Source: Anaeromyxobacter sp. (GTDB taxonomy: Bacteria > Myxococcota > Myxococcia > Myxococcales > Anaeromyxobacteraceae). Taken from it: a stretch of 64,000 bases of DNA. A model generated the notes under the pieces. It saw only the letters and a program-made list of their open reading frames with translations. It had not been told where the DNA came from and made no database searches. The first letter of the stretch is position 1, and every line of letters begins with the position of its first letter. The position numbers and the translations under genes were made by a program. The DNA lies in contig JASGJN010000013.1 of NCBI GenBank assembly GCA_049840735.1, forward strand, positions 224,001 through 288,000. Direction: 5' to 3'. Of this stretch, positions 14,062 through 23,853 are shown piece by piece.

Positions 14062-14892
14062 ATGCTCCTGGGCGCACACGAGCCGATAGCCGGAGGCGTC
14101 TCCACCGCGTTCGCGCGGGCGGAGGCCGACGGGGCGGACTGCCTGCAGATCTTCACGCGCAACGCGCGCGGCTGGGCGGCCCGCCCGCTGGAGGATGAGG
14201 AGGTCGCACGCTTCAAGGGCGAGGCGAAGCGGACCCGGAAGCCGGTGGCCGCCCACGCCTCCTACCTCATCAACGCGGCCGCCGCGGATGGGCAGATCCG
14301 GCGCAAGAGCTGGGAAGCGCTCGCCGACGAGCTCGGCCGCTGCGAGCAACTCGGCGTCTCCGCCCTCATCTTCCACCCAGGGAGCCACGAGGACGAGAAG
14401 GAGGGGACGAAGCTGGTGGTGGAGGCCATGCAGCGGGCGCTCGAGCGGGTGCCCGGCAAGGTGAAGCTCCTGGTGGAGACGACCGCCGGACAGGGCTCCA
14501 GCCTCGGCTGGCGCTTCGAGGGGCTGGCCGCCATCCGGGAGGGGCTCCCCAAGGCCGTCCGCCGCCGCACCGGGTTCTGCTTCGACACCTGCCACGTCCA
14601 CGCCGCCGGGTACGACCTCCTGACGGAAGACGGCTACGGCCAGACCCTGACCGCGCTGGACCGCGCGGTGGGCCTCTCGAGCATCGAGGCCTTTCACCTC
14701 AACGACTCCAAGAAGGAGCTCGGCTGCCGGGTGGACCGGCACGAGCACATCGGCGACGGCGCCATGGGGCTCGCCCCGTTCCGCCGGCTGGTGAACGACC
14801 CGAGGTTCGCGGATGTGCCCGGGTTCGTGGAGACCGAGTCGCGCTTCAAGGAGAACATCGAGGTGCTCCGCCGCCTCGTGCGCCGCCGATGA
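14062..14892 (+). CDS. nfo: Endonuclease IV (AP endonuclease)
   Basis: GAH, QIFT, HASYLIN, FHPGS, ETTAGQG, CFDTCH.HAAGYD, HLNDSK, DRHEHIG. Confidence 0.95.
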   Translation: MLLGAHEPIAGGVSTAFARAEADGADCLQIFTRNARGWAARPLEDEEVARFKGEAKRTRKPVAAHASYLINAAAADGQIRRKSWEALADELGRCEQLGVSALIFHPGSHEDEKEGTKLVVEAMQRALERVPGKVKLLVETTAGQGSSLGWRFEGLAAIREGLPKAVRRRTGFCFDTCHVHAAGYDLLTEDGYGQTLTALDRAVGLSSIEAFHLNDSKKELGCRVDRHEHIGDGAMGLAPFRRLVNDPRFADVPGFVETESRFKENIEVLRRLVRRR

Positions 14893-16007
14893 AGGCACAG
14901 ACCACCATGCGTCAACAGGAAGAACCTCCCCGATCCCGGAGCCGGCCCACCGTGGCCGCCCGGATGGCGCTGTACCCGCGCCAGCTCGAGGCGACCCGCG
15001 CCCGGCTGGACCGGCTCATCGAGTACGCCCGCGGCCACAAGCGGGCGCTGATCCTCACCCACGACAACCCGGACCCGGACTCGATCGCGGCCGGCGTGGC
15101 CCTGGCCCACCTGCTCAAGAAGCTGGGCGGCGTGGAGGCCGAGGTGGCCTACGGCGGCATCGTGGGGCGCGCCGAGAACCGCGCGCTCATCAAGGTGCTG
15201 AAGCTGCCGGTGGTGCCCATCGCGCGGGTGGTCTTCGACGACTATGACCTCATCTGCATGGTCGACACCCAGCCGGAGCAGGGGAACCACTCCCTGCCGG
15301 CGCGCCACTTCCCGGACGTGGTCATCGACCACCACCCGGAGCGGCCGGACTCGCACCTGGCCCCCATCGCCGACGTGGGCGGCCCCATCGGCGCCACCTC
15401 CACCGTGCTGGCGGAGTACTTCCGCGCCAGCGGGTTGAAGGTGCCGACCGACGTGGCCACCGCGCTGTTCTACGGGATCAAGGCCGACACCCGCGACCTG
15501 GGCCGGCAGACCACGCGGCAGGACGTGGACGCCTACCTGTGGCTGTTCCCGATGGCGGACAAGGACGCGCTCAGCGCCATCGAGCACCCCAAGCTGCCGG
15601 AGGACTACTTCCGGCTCCACCACCTGGCCATCGAGAAGGCGCAGATCTTCGACGACGCGGTGGTCTGCGACCTGGCCGAGATCTACACGCCGGACATGGT
15701 GGCCGAGGTGGCCGAGCGGTTCATGGCCCTCGAGGACATGCGCTGGTCGCTCGCCTTCGGCGAGTACGAGGAGGCCATCTACTACTCGATCCGGACCAGC
15801 GACCGGCGCATGAACGCCGGCCGGCTCATCCGCGAGGTGATCGAGGCCAAGGGCGGCTCCGCCGGCGGCCACGGCACCATGGCCGGCGCCCGCCTGCCGG
15901 TGAAGGGGCTCTCCGGCCCGGCCCGCAAGAAGCTGCGCGAGGAGGTCGTGCGCGCCTTCCTGGACGCGTTCGGCATCCGGACGCGGAAGCCGCGGAAGAT
16001 TGTGTAG
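14889..16007 (+). CDS. DHH/DHHA1 phosphoesterase (NrnA-like)
   Basis: HDNPDPDS, VDT, IDHH, GIKADT, GSAGGH. Confidence 0.9.
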   Translation: MKAQTTMRQQEEPPRSRSRPTVAARMALYPRQLEATRARLDRLIEYARGHKRALILTHDNPDPDSIAAGVALAHLLKKLGGVEAEVAYGGIVGRAENRALIKVLKLPVVPIARVVFDDYDLICMVDTQPEQGNHSLPARHFPDVVIDHHPERPDSHLAPIADVGGPIGATSTVLAEYFRASGLKVPTDVATALFYGIKADTRDLGRQTTRQDVDAYLWLFPMADKDALSAIEHPKLPEDYFRLHHLAIEKAQIFDDAVVCDLAEIYTPDMVAEVAERFMALEDMRWSLAFGEYEEAIYYSIRTSDRRMNAGRLIREVIEAKGGSAGGHGTMAGARLPVKGLSGPARKKLREEVVRAFLDAFGIRTRKPRKIV

Positions 16008-16024
16008 GGCGGTCGCCCGCCCCT

Positions 16025-16081
16025 CCGTTCGTCCTGAGCGTAGCGAGCCCGCCAGGGCTCGCGGAGTCGAAGGATGAACGG
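16025..16081. repeat. Palindromic intergenic repeat, copy 1 (CCGTTCG-nnn-TGAGC...GTCGAA-n'n'n')
   Basis: Near-identical to 39057-39106 and related to 30509-30543 and 30556-30606. Confidence 0.75.
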
Positions 16082-16095
16082 GACAGAGAGGTCCC

Positions 16096-17236
16096 GTGAT
16101 CTACCTCGACCACAACGCCATCACGCCCATGCGCCCGGAGGCCATCGCCGCCGTGGAGCGGGCGCTGCGCGTCTTCGGGAACCCCAGCTCCATCCACGCC
16201 GCCGGCCGCGCCGCGCGCGACCTGCTGGACGGCGCCCGCGCCCAGGTGGGCTCCGCGCTGGGCGCCCGCCCCTCCGAGCTCGTCCTCACCTCCGGCGCCA
16301 CCGAGGCCGCCGCGCTGGCCCTCCGTGGCGTGCTGGCCGCCTCGCCCCCGGACCGGCGCCGGCTGGTGGTGACCTCGGTCGAGCACCCCTGCGTGCTCTC
16401 GCTTGCCCGGGCGCTGGAGAAGGCCGGCACGCCGCTCACGGTGGTGCCGGTGGACCGGCGCGGCCTGGTGGATCCCGAGGCCTTCCGCGCCGCCCTGGGA
16501 CCGGACGTGGCGCTGGCCTGCGCCATGCGCGCCAACAACGAGACCGGCGTGCTGCTGCCGGTGCGCGAGCTGGCCGCCGCCGCGCGCCAGGTGGGCGCGC
16601 CGTTCTTCTGCGACGCCGTGCAGGCGGCCGGGAAGATCGCCCTGGACGTCCGCGAGCTGGGCGCCGACCTGGTGGCCATCACCGGCCAGAAGTTCGGCGG
16701 GCCGCGCGGGGCCGGCGCGCTCTGGATCACGCCCGGCCTGCCGCTGGCGGCGGTGGTGGGCGGCGAGCAGGAGCGCGGCCGCCGCGGCGGCACCGAGAAC
16801 CTGCCCGGCATCGCCGGCCTGGGCGCGGCGCTGGAGACCGCCGTGCGCAGCCGCGAGGCCGAGGAGCAGCGCCTGGCCGCGCTGCGCGACCGGCTGGAGC
16901 AGGGGCTCCTGGCCGCCGTACCCCACGCCCGCGTCAACGGCGCCGGCGCGCCGCGCCTCCCCAACACCTGCTCCATCACCTTCGAGGGCGCCGACGCAGA
17001 GACGCTGCTCATCGCGCTCGAATCTGGAGGGGCTGTGCGCCAGCGCCGGCGCCGCCTGCCACTCCGGCTCGACCAAGCCCTCTGGCGTGCTGCTGGCGCT
17101 CGGCCTGACCGAGGTCGAGGCGCGCTGCACGCTGCGCCTGTCGCTGGGCTGGAGCTCCACGCCCGAGGACGTCGAGGCCGCGCTGCGCCTCATCCCGCCG
17201 CGCGTGGAGCGGGTGCGGGCGGAGGTGAAGGTCTAG
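16096..17236 (+). CDS. Cysteine desulfurase (IscS/NifS family; frameshift near 17020)
   Basis: IYLDHNAITP, GNPSSIH, TSGATEA, ANNETG, DAVQAAGK, GQKFGGPRG. Catalytic SAGAACHSGS lies in the shifted frame. Confidence 0.9.
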
Positions 17237-17361
17237 CAGGCGCGGGGCGAGCACGGGGGCGGCGATGCGCATCCCCCCGCTCCAGCGTCACACGCGCCGG
17301 CACCTGCGCCGGCCCCTGCTTCGGCCCCTGACCCTTGCGGCGGCGTCACGAATCGGCGTGA

Positions 17362-18291
17362 ATGCAGCGCATGGATGCCTTCTCCGAGATCGGCGTGTTC
17401 ACGCGGGTGGTGGACCTCGGCGGCTTCACGCGGGCAGCCCAGAACCTGGGCCTCACGCCCTCCGGCGTGAGCCGGATCGTCTCGCGCCTGGAGGACCGCC
17501 TCGGGGTACGGCTCCTCAACCGCACCACCCGGAGCCTCAGCCTCACGGACGAGGGGGCGGCGTACCACGAGCGCTGCACGCGCATCCTGGCCGAGCTCGA
17601 GGAGGCGCACGCCATGCTGGCCAGGGCGAGCGCCACCCCGCGCGGGCGACTGCGCGTGGACGTGCCGGTGGTCCTGGCCGACTTCGTGGTGGGTCCGGCG
17701 CTGCCGCGCTTCCTCGCGCGCCATCCCGACGTCAGCATCGACCTCACCGTCCGCGATCGGCTCATCGACCCCACCGCGGAGGGCATCGACGTGGTGGTCC
17801 GGCTCGCGCCCTCCCGCGACTCCGAGCTGGTGTCCAGGCGCCTGGCGCGCGCCCGCTCGCTCCTGGTCGCGTCGCCCGCCTACCTGGCGAAGCACGGGCG
17901 CCCGCGGACGCTCGCGGAGCTGCGGGAGCACGCCTGCGTCGTCTACCTCTCGGCCGCGGGCCCCTTGCCCTGGCGGCTCAGGACCGGGACGGGAGAGGTG
18001 AGCTTCGCGCCGAGAGGCAGGCTCCAGGCCGGATCCGGCAACGTGCTCACCCAGGCCGCGCTGAGCGGGCTCGGGGTCATCCAGACCTTCGAGCCGCACG
18101 TGGCAGGGGAGGTTCGCCGCGGCGAGCTGGAGGTGCTCCTCGAGGACCTCGAGCCCGAGCCGCGGACCATCCATGCCCTTTTCGCACGGCAGAAGGCCAA
18201 CGTCCCCAAGGTCCGCGCCTTCGTCGACTTCCTCACCGAGCTGTTCGGCTCCGCCCCGGGGCGCCCGACGACGGCACGGCGAGGGCGCTAG
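17362..18291 (+). CDS. LysR-family transcriptional regulator (CrgA-like)
   Basis: GGFTRAAQNLGLTPSGVSRIVSRLE..LGVRLLNRTTR; PKVRAFVDFL. Confidence 0.95.
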   Translation: MQRMDAFSEIGVFTRVVDLGGFTRAAQNLGLTPSGVSRIVSRLEDRLGVRLLNRTTRSLSLTDEGAAYHERCTRILAELEEAHAMLARASATPRGRLRVDVPVVLADFVVGPALPRFLARHPDVSIDLTVRDRLIDPTAEGIDVVVRLAPSRDSELVSRRLARARSLLVASPAYLAKHGRPRTLAELREHACVVYLSAAGPLPWRLRTGTGEVSFAPRGRLQAGSGNVLTQAALSGLGVIQTFEPHVAGEVRRGELEVLLEDLEPEPRTIHALFARQKANVPKVRAFVDFLTELFGSAPGRPTTARRGR

Positions 18292-18328
18292 CGCCCGGGC
18301 GAGAGCTGTCCGGGCGCTCCGTCCGCGC

Positions 18329-18910
18329 CTATCGCACCAGCCGGAAGCCGATGTCCGGCCCGAGCTTCTGGACGTATCCGAGCTGGATGTTCAGGTAGCC
18401 GAGCGACTCGAGCCACCGCGCGTTGCGCAAGGGCCCGGCATCGATGGCATCGAAGCCGATCTCCCGCCCCAGCCCGAGGACCCGGTCCTTCGCGGCGGCG
18501 TCATCGGCGGCCACCAGCAGGGCGAGCGCCTCCCCCTTCACCTTCCCGGTCTCCATGTGCTTCGCGAACACGGTGTTGAACGCCTTCACCACCCTGGCGC
18601 GCCCGGCCTTCTTCTGCAGCTCTTCCGCGCCGCTGGTGGTGAACCCGACGGCGAGCTGCATGTCGGCCGTGAGGGCGTTCGTCGCGTCCACGAGCACCTT
18701 GCCGTCAACCGCCTCTCCCAGCGAGGCCAGGGTCTCGTCCAGCCCCCCGTACGGCACCGCCAGGAAGACCACGTCGGCCCATGCCGCAGCCTTCCGGGCC
18801 GCGCCTGGCTCCTTCCCGACCGCCCGCACCTCGTGGCCAGCTCGCGTGAGGCCACGCTGCAGCGCGCTGCCCACGTTGCCCTTGCCGATGATCCCGATCT
18901 TCGTCGCCAT
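18329..18910 (-). CDS. NADP oxidoreductase, F420-dependent family
   Basis: IGIIGKGNVGSAL, LAVPY, VDATN, SGAEE, VVKAFNT, DAGPL. Confidence 0.88.
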   Translation of the reverse strand: MATKIGIIGKGNVGSALQRGLTRAGHEVRAVGKEPGAARKAAAWADVVFLAVPYGGLDETLASLGEAVDGKVLVDATNALTADMQLAVGFTTSGAEELQKKAGRARVVKAFNTVFAKHMETGKVKGEALALLVAADDAAAKDRVLGLGREIGFDAIDAGPLRNARWLESLGYLNIQLGYVQKLGPDIGFRLVR

Positions 18911-19212
18911 GTGTCTTCCCTCCGAGGGTCCACCGGAGCAACGCGCCCCGGACGCCGGGCAACATGGCATCCGGCCTGCGCAGGAAAAAGGAGCCGGCGG
19001 TCACGGCACATATGACGCCACGTCATCAATCGCCTCTCCTCATCCTGCGGGACCTGCCGTCGTTCGGCCGCTCTTGCCGCCGACAGCCGATTTTCATCCG
19101 GATGAAATCGCGGGCGGTCACTCGTCCGTCCGCCACCCCTGAGGGGCCCTCACGCAACCTTACGGTTGCACACCGTCCACGCCCTGCACATCCTGCAACC
19201 CGGAGGTTGCAC

Positions 19213-19689
19213 ATGATGAGCGAAGAGACCGCCGCCGGGACGCCCGGCCGGATCGAGAAGCAGATCACCGTCCACGCCCCGCAGTCGCGCGTCTGGCGCG
19301 CGCTGACCGAGGCCAGCCAGTTCGGTGCCTGGTTCGGCGCGCGGCTCGCGCCAGGCACCTTCACCCCGGGCGCCCGCGTGCGCGGCCCCATGACCATCCC
19401 CGGGCACGAGCACTTCACGCTCGATCTCACCGTCGAGCGGGTCGAGCCCGAGCGCTACCTGTCCTACCGCTGGCACCCCTACGCCGACCCGGCGCTGGAC
19501 CTCTCCGCCGAGCCGCTCACCCTGGTCGAGTTCCGGCTGGAGGCGGCCGGCGGCGGCACGCGCCTCACCGTGGTGGAGTCCGGCTTCGACCGGCTGCCGG
19601 GGGCGCGCCGCGTCTCCGTCTTCCCGCTGCACGAGTCGGGCTGGGTGCAGCAGCTCGAGAACGTGGCCCGCCATGTCACGGCGGGCTGA
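19213..19689 (+). CDS. SRPBCC/AHSA1 domain protein
   Basis: RIEKQITVHAPQSRVWRALT..FGAWFG, SYRWHP, TRLTVVESGFD, GW..QL; GGAGG RBS. Confidence 0.88.
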   Translation: MMSEETAAGTPGRIEKQITVHAPQSRVWRALTEASQFGAWFGARLAPGTFTPGARVRGPMTIPGHEHFTLDLTVERVEPERYLSYRWHPYADPALDLSAEPLTLVEFRLEAAGGGTRLTVVESGFDRLPGARRVSVFPLHESGWVQQLENVARHVTAG

Positions 19690-20011
19690 GGCCACGCTGG
19701 CGCGCGCCGCGCCGGTCTACGCGGCCCTGGGGGACGCCACCCGCCTCCGCCTGCTGGAGAAGCTGGCGGAGGGCGAGCCGCTCTCCATCGCGCAGCTCAC
19801 CACCGGCGCGGACATCTCCCGCCAGGCCATCACCAAGCACCTCCGGGTCCTGGCCGGCGCCGGCCTGGTGCGGGACGAGCGGCTCGGCCGCGAGCGGCGC
19901 TGGGCGCTCGAGCCGGGCCGGCTCACCGAGGCGCGGAGCGGCCTCGACGCGCTCTCGCGCCGCTGGGACGAGGCGCTGGCAAGGCTCAAGGCGTTCGTGG
20001 AGACGGAGTGA
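19673..20011 (+). CDS. ArsR/SmtB-family transcriptional regulator
   Basis: ALGDATRLRLL, ISRQAITKHLRVLAGAGLV, WDEALARLKAFVE; typical ArsR-SRPBCC pair. Confidence 0.9.
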   Translation: MSRRAEATLARAAPVYAALGDATRLRLLEKLAEGEPLSIAQLTTGADISRQAITKHLRVLAGAGLVRDERLGRERRWALEPGRLTEARSGLDALSRRWDEALARLKAFVETE

Positions 20012-20110
20012 GGCTCACGCCTGCGGCGGCGTCCACCAAGGCGCCGCCGCGGACGGGCGCGCAGACGGGGGCGGTCCGCCACGAAAGTGTAATGTCGGAT
20101 GACGCGACCC

Positions 20111-21058
20111 CTACCCAGGCGGGAACACGAACACCAGCGCCCCCGGCCAGCTCGGGTCCGGCCCCAGCGCCACGTCGGCGTCCGTCGAGGGCCGCAGGCG
20201 CGCGCGCCAGTACTCCTCGCTGTGGTTGTGGCCGTTGCCGACCGCGTGCTCCAGGTCGCCGTGCAGCGTCCAGCCGGTCCGGACCAGCAGGGCGGAGATG
20301 GCGTTCGTCCGGGCGAGCCCGTCGTCGCCGCCGCCCCAGTCCACCGTGCCGCTGTCCAGGTAGACGCGCAGGGGCAGCTTCGCCGTGACCTGCCGCTCGA
20401 AGCCGTAGCTGCCGCTGTAGCCGACCAGCGCGGGTGAGAGCGCCATCACCCGCCCCCAGGTCGCGGTGCGGGTCCAGCCGGCATGGAGAGAGATGAGCCC
20501 GCCGTAGGACGAGCCGCCGATGGCCCGGTGCTCGCGGTCCGCGGCCGTCCGGTAGGTGGCGTCCACGAACGGCACCACCTGCTGCTCGAGGAAGTCGAGG
20601 TAGCGGTCGGCGGTGGGGCCGGGGGCGTGGCCGGCGCCGGGGAAGTACTCCTCCGTCCGCGCCGCGCCGCCGTTGTCGATCATCACCACGATGACCGGCG
20701 CCATCAGGCCGCGCTGCGCCAGGTCGGTGGACACGCGGTGCACCTGCCAGCCGCCGTGGCCGTAGCCGTCATGGTCCAGGCAGTTCTGGCCGTCGTGCAG
20801 GTAGAGCACCGGGTAGCGGACCTCGGCGCTGGCCGCCTCGGCGTAGCCTTCCGGCAGCAGCACGGTCACGGTGCGGCTCGCGATCCCCTCCACCGCCGAG
20901 GTGAACCGCCAGGCGAAGAGGCGGTCCTCCCAGCCTGCCAGCGGGCTCGGCAGCGGCGCGGGCGGCACGGGATCGGCGGGGCCACCGGCGGCGGAGTGGG
21001 TGGCGCAGGCGGAGGCGGCGAGCAGCAGGAGCATGGCGGTGGTCCAGGGTGCGCGCAT
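20111..21058 (-). CDS. Alpha/beta hydrolase esterase (putative lipoprotein)
   Basis: Lipobox-like ASAC; YPVLYLHDGQN, GSSYGG nucleophile, YLDSGT, HNHSE..W. Confidence 0.85.
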   Translation of the reverse strand: MRAPWTTAMLLLLAASACATHSAAGGPADPVPPAPLPSPLAGWEDRLFAWRFTSAVEGIASRTVTVLLPEGYAEAASAEVRYPVLYLHDGQNCLDHDGYGHGGWQVHRVSTDLAQRGLMAPVIVVMIDNGGAARTEEYFPGAGHAPGPTADRYLDFLEQQVVPFVDATYRTAADREHRAIGGSSYGGLISLHAGWTRTATWGRVMALSPALVGYSGSYGFERQVTAKLPLRVYLDSGTVDWGGGDDGLARTNAISALLVRTGWTLHGDLEHAVGNGHNHSEEYWRARLRPSTDADVALGPDPSWPGALVFVFPPG

Positions 21059-21156
21059 GCCCTCTTCTACCGCGGGTCCAGGCAGGCCGGGCGCGGCAAG
21101 GAGCGGCGGTCACGGAGGCCGGGGCGCCTCGTCCCTCTCCTGATCCCGCGCCGCGG

Positions 21157-22062
21157 TCAGCGCGCCCCGAACAGCCCGCGCACCACCGCCGCGATGGCCA
21201 GCGGCGTGCCCACGGCCGGGTCGTAGCCGCCGGCGATCTCGGCCGCGAACGCGGCCGCGGTAGGCCGCCCCGCCGGCTCGGGGTCGAGCGAGCGGAGCAG
21301 CAGCACATCCAGCGCGGCCGGGATCTCCGGGCGGACCGAGGACGGCGCGCGCAGCTTGCCGGCCAGGATCCGCTGCCCCACCTCGTTCACGTCCTTGCCC
21401 GGGAAGGCGTGGGCGTTGGTGAGCAGCTCGAAGAAGACCGAGCCCAGCGCGAACACGTCGGCCGGCGGCCCGGGCCGCCGCCCCAGGATCTGCTCCGGCG
21501 CCAGGTAGCGGATCTTCCCGAAGGCGCCGCCGGGCAGCGGGCCGGCGCCGGTGGGCAGCGCCACGCCGAAGTCCCCCAGCTCGATCTCGCCCAGCCGCGA
21601 GATGAAGACGTTGGACGGGGACACGTCGCAGTGCACCACGCCCAGCGCCCGCCCCTGCGCGTCGCGCCCCTCGTGCGCGTGGGCCAGCGCGCCGGCCAGC
21701 TGGTGGGCCAGGTAGCACGCGAAGTCGATGGGCAGCAGGATGTGGCGCGCGGCGCAGACGGCGAGGATCTCCTTCAGGTTGCGCCCGTCCACGTACTCCA
21801 TGGCGATGAAGGGCACGCCGCCGGCCACGCCCGCGTCGAGCACCTCTACGATGGCCGGGTGCTGCAGCCGGCGCGTCAGCTCGGCCTCGCGCTCGAAGAG
21901 CGCCAGGTAGTCGGCGTCGCGCGCCAGCTCCGGCAAGAGCTGCTTCACGGCCACGTTGCGCCCGACGTGCGGGCCCGCCGTCACCGTCGCGCGGTGGACC
22001 TCGGCCATGCCTCCGCGGCCGATGAGCTCCTGGAGTGCGTAGCCGGGGACCTCGAAAGCCAT
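21157..22062 (-). CDS. Serine/threonine protein kinase (kinase domain only)
   Basis: IGRGGMAEV, VAVK, HCDVSPSN, DFG, YLAPEQ, DVFALG. Confidence 0.92.
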   Translation of the reverse strand: MAFEVPGYALQELIGRGGMAEVHRATVTAGPHVGRNVAVKQLLPELARDADYLALFEREAELTRRLQHPAIVEVLDAGVAGGVPFIAMEYVDGRNLKEILAVCAARHILLPIDFACYLAHQLAGALAHAHEGRDAQGRALGVVHCDVSPSNVFISRLGEIELGDFGVALPTGAGPLPGGAFGKIRYLAPEQILGRRPGPPADVFALGSVFFELLTNAHAFPGKDVNEVGQRILAGKLRAPSSVRPEIPAALDVLLLRSLDPEPAGRPTAAAFAAEIAGGYDPAVGTPLAIAAVVRGLFGAR

Positions 22063-22163
22063 CGAACCTTCGTCGTGGGACGCCGTGCCAAAAAACGCTG
22101 TCGGAACCGGCCCCAAGGCGCACCGACGGGGACCATTCTACCCTTCGCGGCGGCACGGTTCGC

Positions 22164-22192
22164 TTGACAGGCCGATACCGGAGGCCTAGGAT
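22164..22192 (+). promoter_or_regulatory. Sigma-70-type promoter upstream of 6S RNA
   Basis: TTGACA (22164-22169), 17-nt spacer, TAGGAT (22187-22192). Confidence 0.65.
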
Positions 22193-22252
22193 CTGAACCA
22201 TCAAAACTTCCCGTGTTTCCGGGAGGTTATAGCTCTTTAACCTTGCCGACCT

Positions 22253-22444
22253 GCCCCCTGCCGGGTTCGTGATTGGTCTTCGCGTCGTTTGGGCCGACTT
22301 TGAGCCAAGCGGAGCGCCCGCCCACGTCCATGTGCAAGCTCCCAACGCTGTACAGGGAGAAGCCTACGGACGCTGGTGCACCGGGTGCCCCACCTGTAGA
22401 AATACAGGTCCAAGCAACCGAGCCACACGGCTCACGCGGGGGGC
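22253..22444 (+). ncRNA. ssrS: 6S RNA
   Basis: ~190-nt non-coding stretch with paired ends (GCCCCC.../...GGGGGC) and internal TTGAGCC/GGTCCAA and CAGGGAG/CCCACCTG pairings. Lies directly upstream of 5-formyl-THF cyclo-ligase (classic ssrS-ygfA synteny). Confidence 0.8.
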
Positions 22445-22451
22445 TTTTTTT

Positions 22452-23021
22452 ATCCAGGGCGGCAAGCAGGCGTTCCGTGCAGAGGTGGTCGCCCAGCGCG
22501 CCCGGCGCACGCCCGCTGAGCGAGCCGAGGCCTCCCGCCGGATCGCCGAGCGCGCGGCCACGCTGCCTGTCCTGACGGCCGCCCGCACCGTCGCCCTCTA
22601 CGCCCCGCTCGCCTCCGAGGTGGACGTCCTGCTGCTCCTGGAGCGGCTGACGGCCCGCGCCGTCTTCCCGCGGGCCCGCCGCGAGGGGCGCGTAATGACC
22701 TTCGCATGCTGCGCGCCGGGTGAGCTGGTCGCCGGGCCCCTCCGCGTGCTGGAGCCGCCGCCGGACGCGCCGGAGGTGGCGCTCGAGGCGGTGGAGGTGG
22801 TGGTCGTGCCCGGGCTGGCCTTCTCGCTCGACGGCCACCGGCTGGGCCGCGGCGGCGGGTACTACGACGCCACCCTGTGCGCCATGCCGCACGCGGTGCG
22901 GCTGGGCGTCTCCTATGAGGGAGAGGTCTTTCCTTCGCTGCCGTTCGAGCCGCACGACGCGCCGCTCGACGTGCTCGTCACCGAGGCGCGCGTCCTCCAT
23001 TTCCAGCGAGAATCTCGTTGA
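22452..23021 (+). CDS. ygfA: 5-formyltetrahydrofolate cyclo-ligase (start uncertain)
   Basis: KQAFR, VALYAP..SEVD, VVVVPGLAFSLDGHRLGRGGGYYD, EPHDAPLD.LVTE. Confidence 0.9.
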   Translation: MQGGKQAFRAEVVAQRARRTPAERAEASRRIAERAATLPVLTAARTVALYAPLASEVDVLLLLERLTARAVFPRARREGRVMTFACCAPGELVAGPLRVLEPPPDAPEVALEAVEVVVVPGLAFSLDGHRLGRGGGYYDATLCAMPHAVRLGVSYEGEVFPSLPFEPHDAPLDVLVTEARVLHFQRESR

Positions 23022-23055
23022 CTTCGACCGCTCCGCGCGGCTCCATCCGGTTCCC

Positions 23056-23853
23056 TTGAAGGTCCTCTTCCTCGGAGACGTCTTCGGCAAGCCCGGCCGC
23101 CAGGCCGTGGCCAGGCTCGTCCCGCGCCTCATCACGCGGGAGGGGCTCGACCTGGTGATCGCCAACGCCGAGAACTCGGCGGCCGGCTCGGGCGTCACGC
23201 CCGACAGCGCCGACGAGCTGCTGGGCTGCGAGGTGGACTTCCTCACCAGTGGCAACCACATCTGGTCGAAGCGCGAGATCATCCCCTACCTGAACCGACC
23301 CGGCTCGAAGCTGATCCGCCCCGCCAACTACCCGCCCGGCTCGCCGGGGCGCGGGCGCGGCATCGCCGAGACGCCGGACGGCCGCCGGCTGGGCGTGGTC
23401 AACATCGAGGGGCGCGTCTTCATGAAGAACCTGGACGACCCCTTCCGCGTGGCGGAGGCGGAGGTCGCCGCGCTCCAGGCCGAGGGCGTCACCTGCATCC
23501 TGGTGGACATGCACTGCGAGGCCACCAGCGAGAAGAACGCCATGGGCTGGTACCTGGACGGCCGCGTCTCGGCCGTGCTCGGCACCCACACGCACGTGCA
23601 GACCGCCGACCAGCGGGTGCTGACCAGCGGGACGGCCTTCATGACCGACGTGGGCATGTGCGGCCCATGGGACTCGGTCATCGGGATGAAGAAGGAGCTC
23701 GTGCTCGAGCGCTTCCTCACGCAGCGGCCGGCGGGGTTCGAGCCGGCCAAGCGCGACGTGTGGCTGCAGGGCGCGATCGTGGACATCGACGAGGCCACCG
23801 GCAAGGCGCGCTCCATCGCGCGCGTGCAGGAGCGGCTGGAAGAGGAGAAGTAG
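23056..23853 (+). CDS. YmdB/TIGR00282 metallophosphoesterase
   Basis: TTG start LKVLFLGDVFGKPGR, NAENSA, TSGNH, RPANYP, DMHCEATSEK, GTHTHVQTAD. Confidence 0.93.
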   Translation: MKVLFLGDVFGKPGRQAVARLVPRLITREGLDLVIANAENSAAGSGVTPDSADELLGCEVDFLTSGNHIWSKREIIPYLNRPGSKLIRPANYPPGSPGRGRGIAETPDGRRLGVVNIEGRVFMKNLDDPFRVAEAEVAALQAEGVTCILVDMHCEATSEKNAMGWYLDGRVSAVLGTHTHVQTADQRVLTSGTAFMTDVGMCGPWDSVIGMKKELVLERFLTQRPAGFEPAKRDVWLQGAIVDIDEATGKARSIARVQERLEEEK

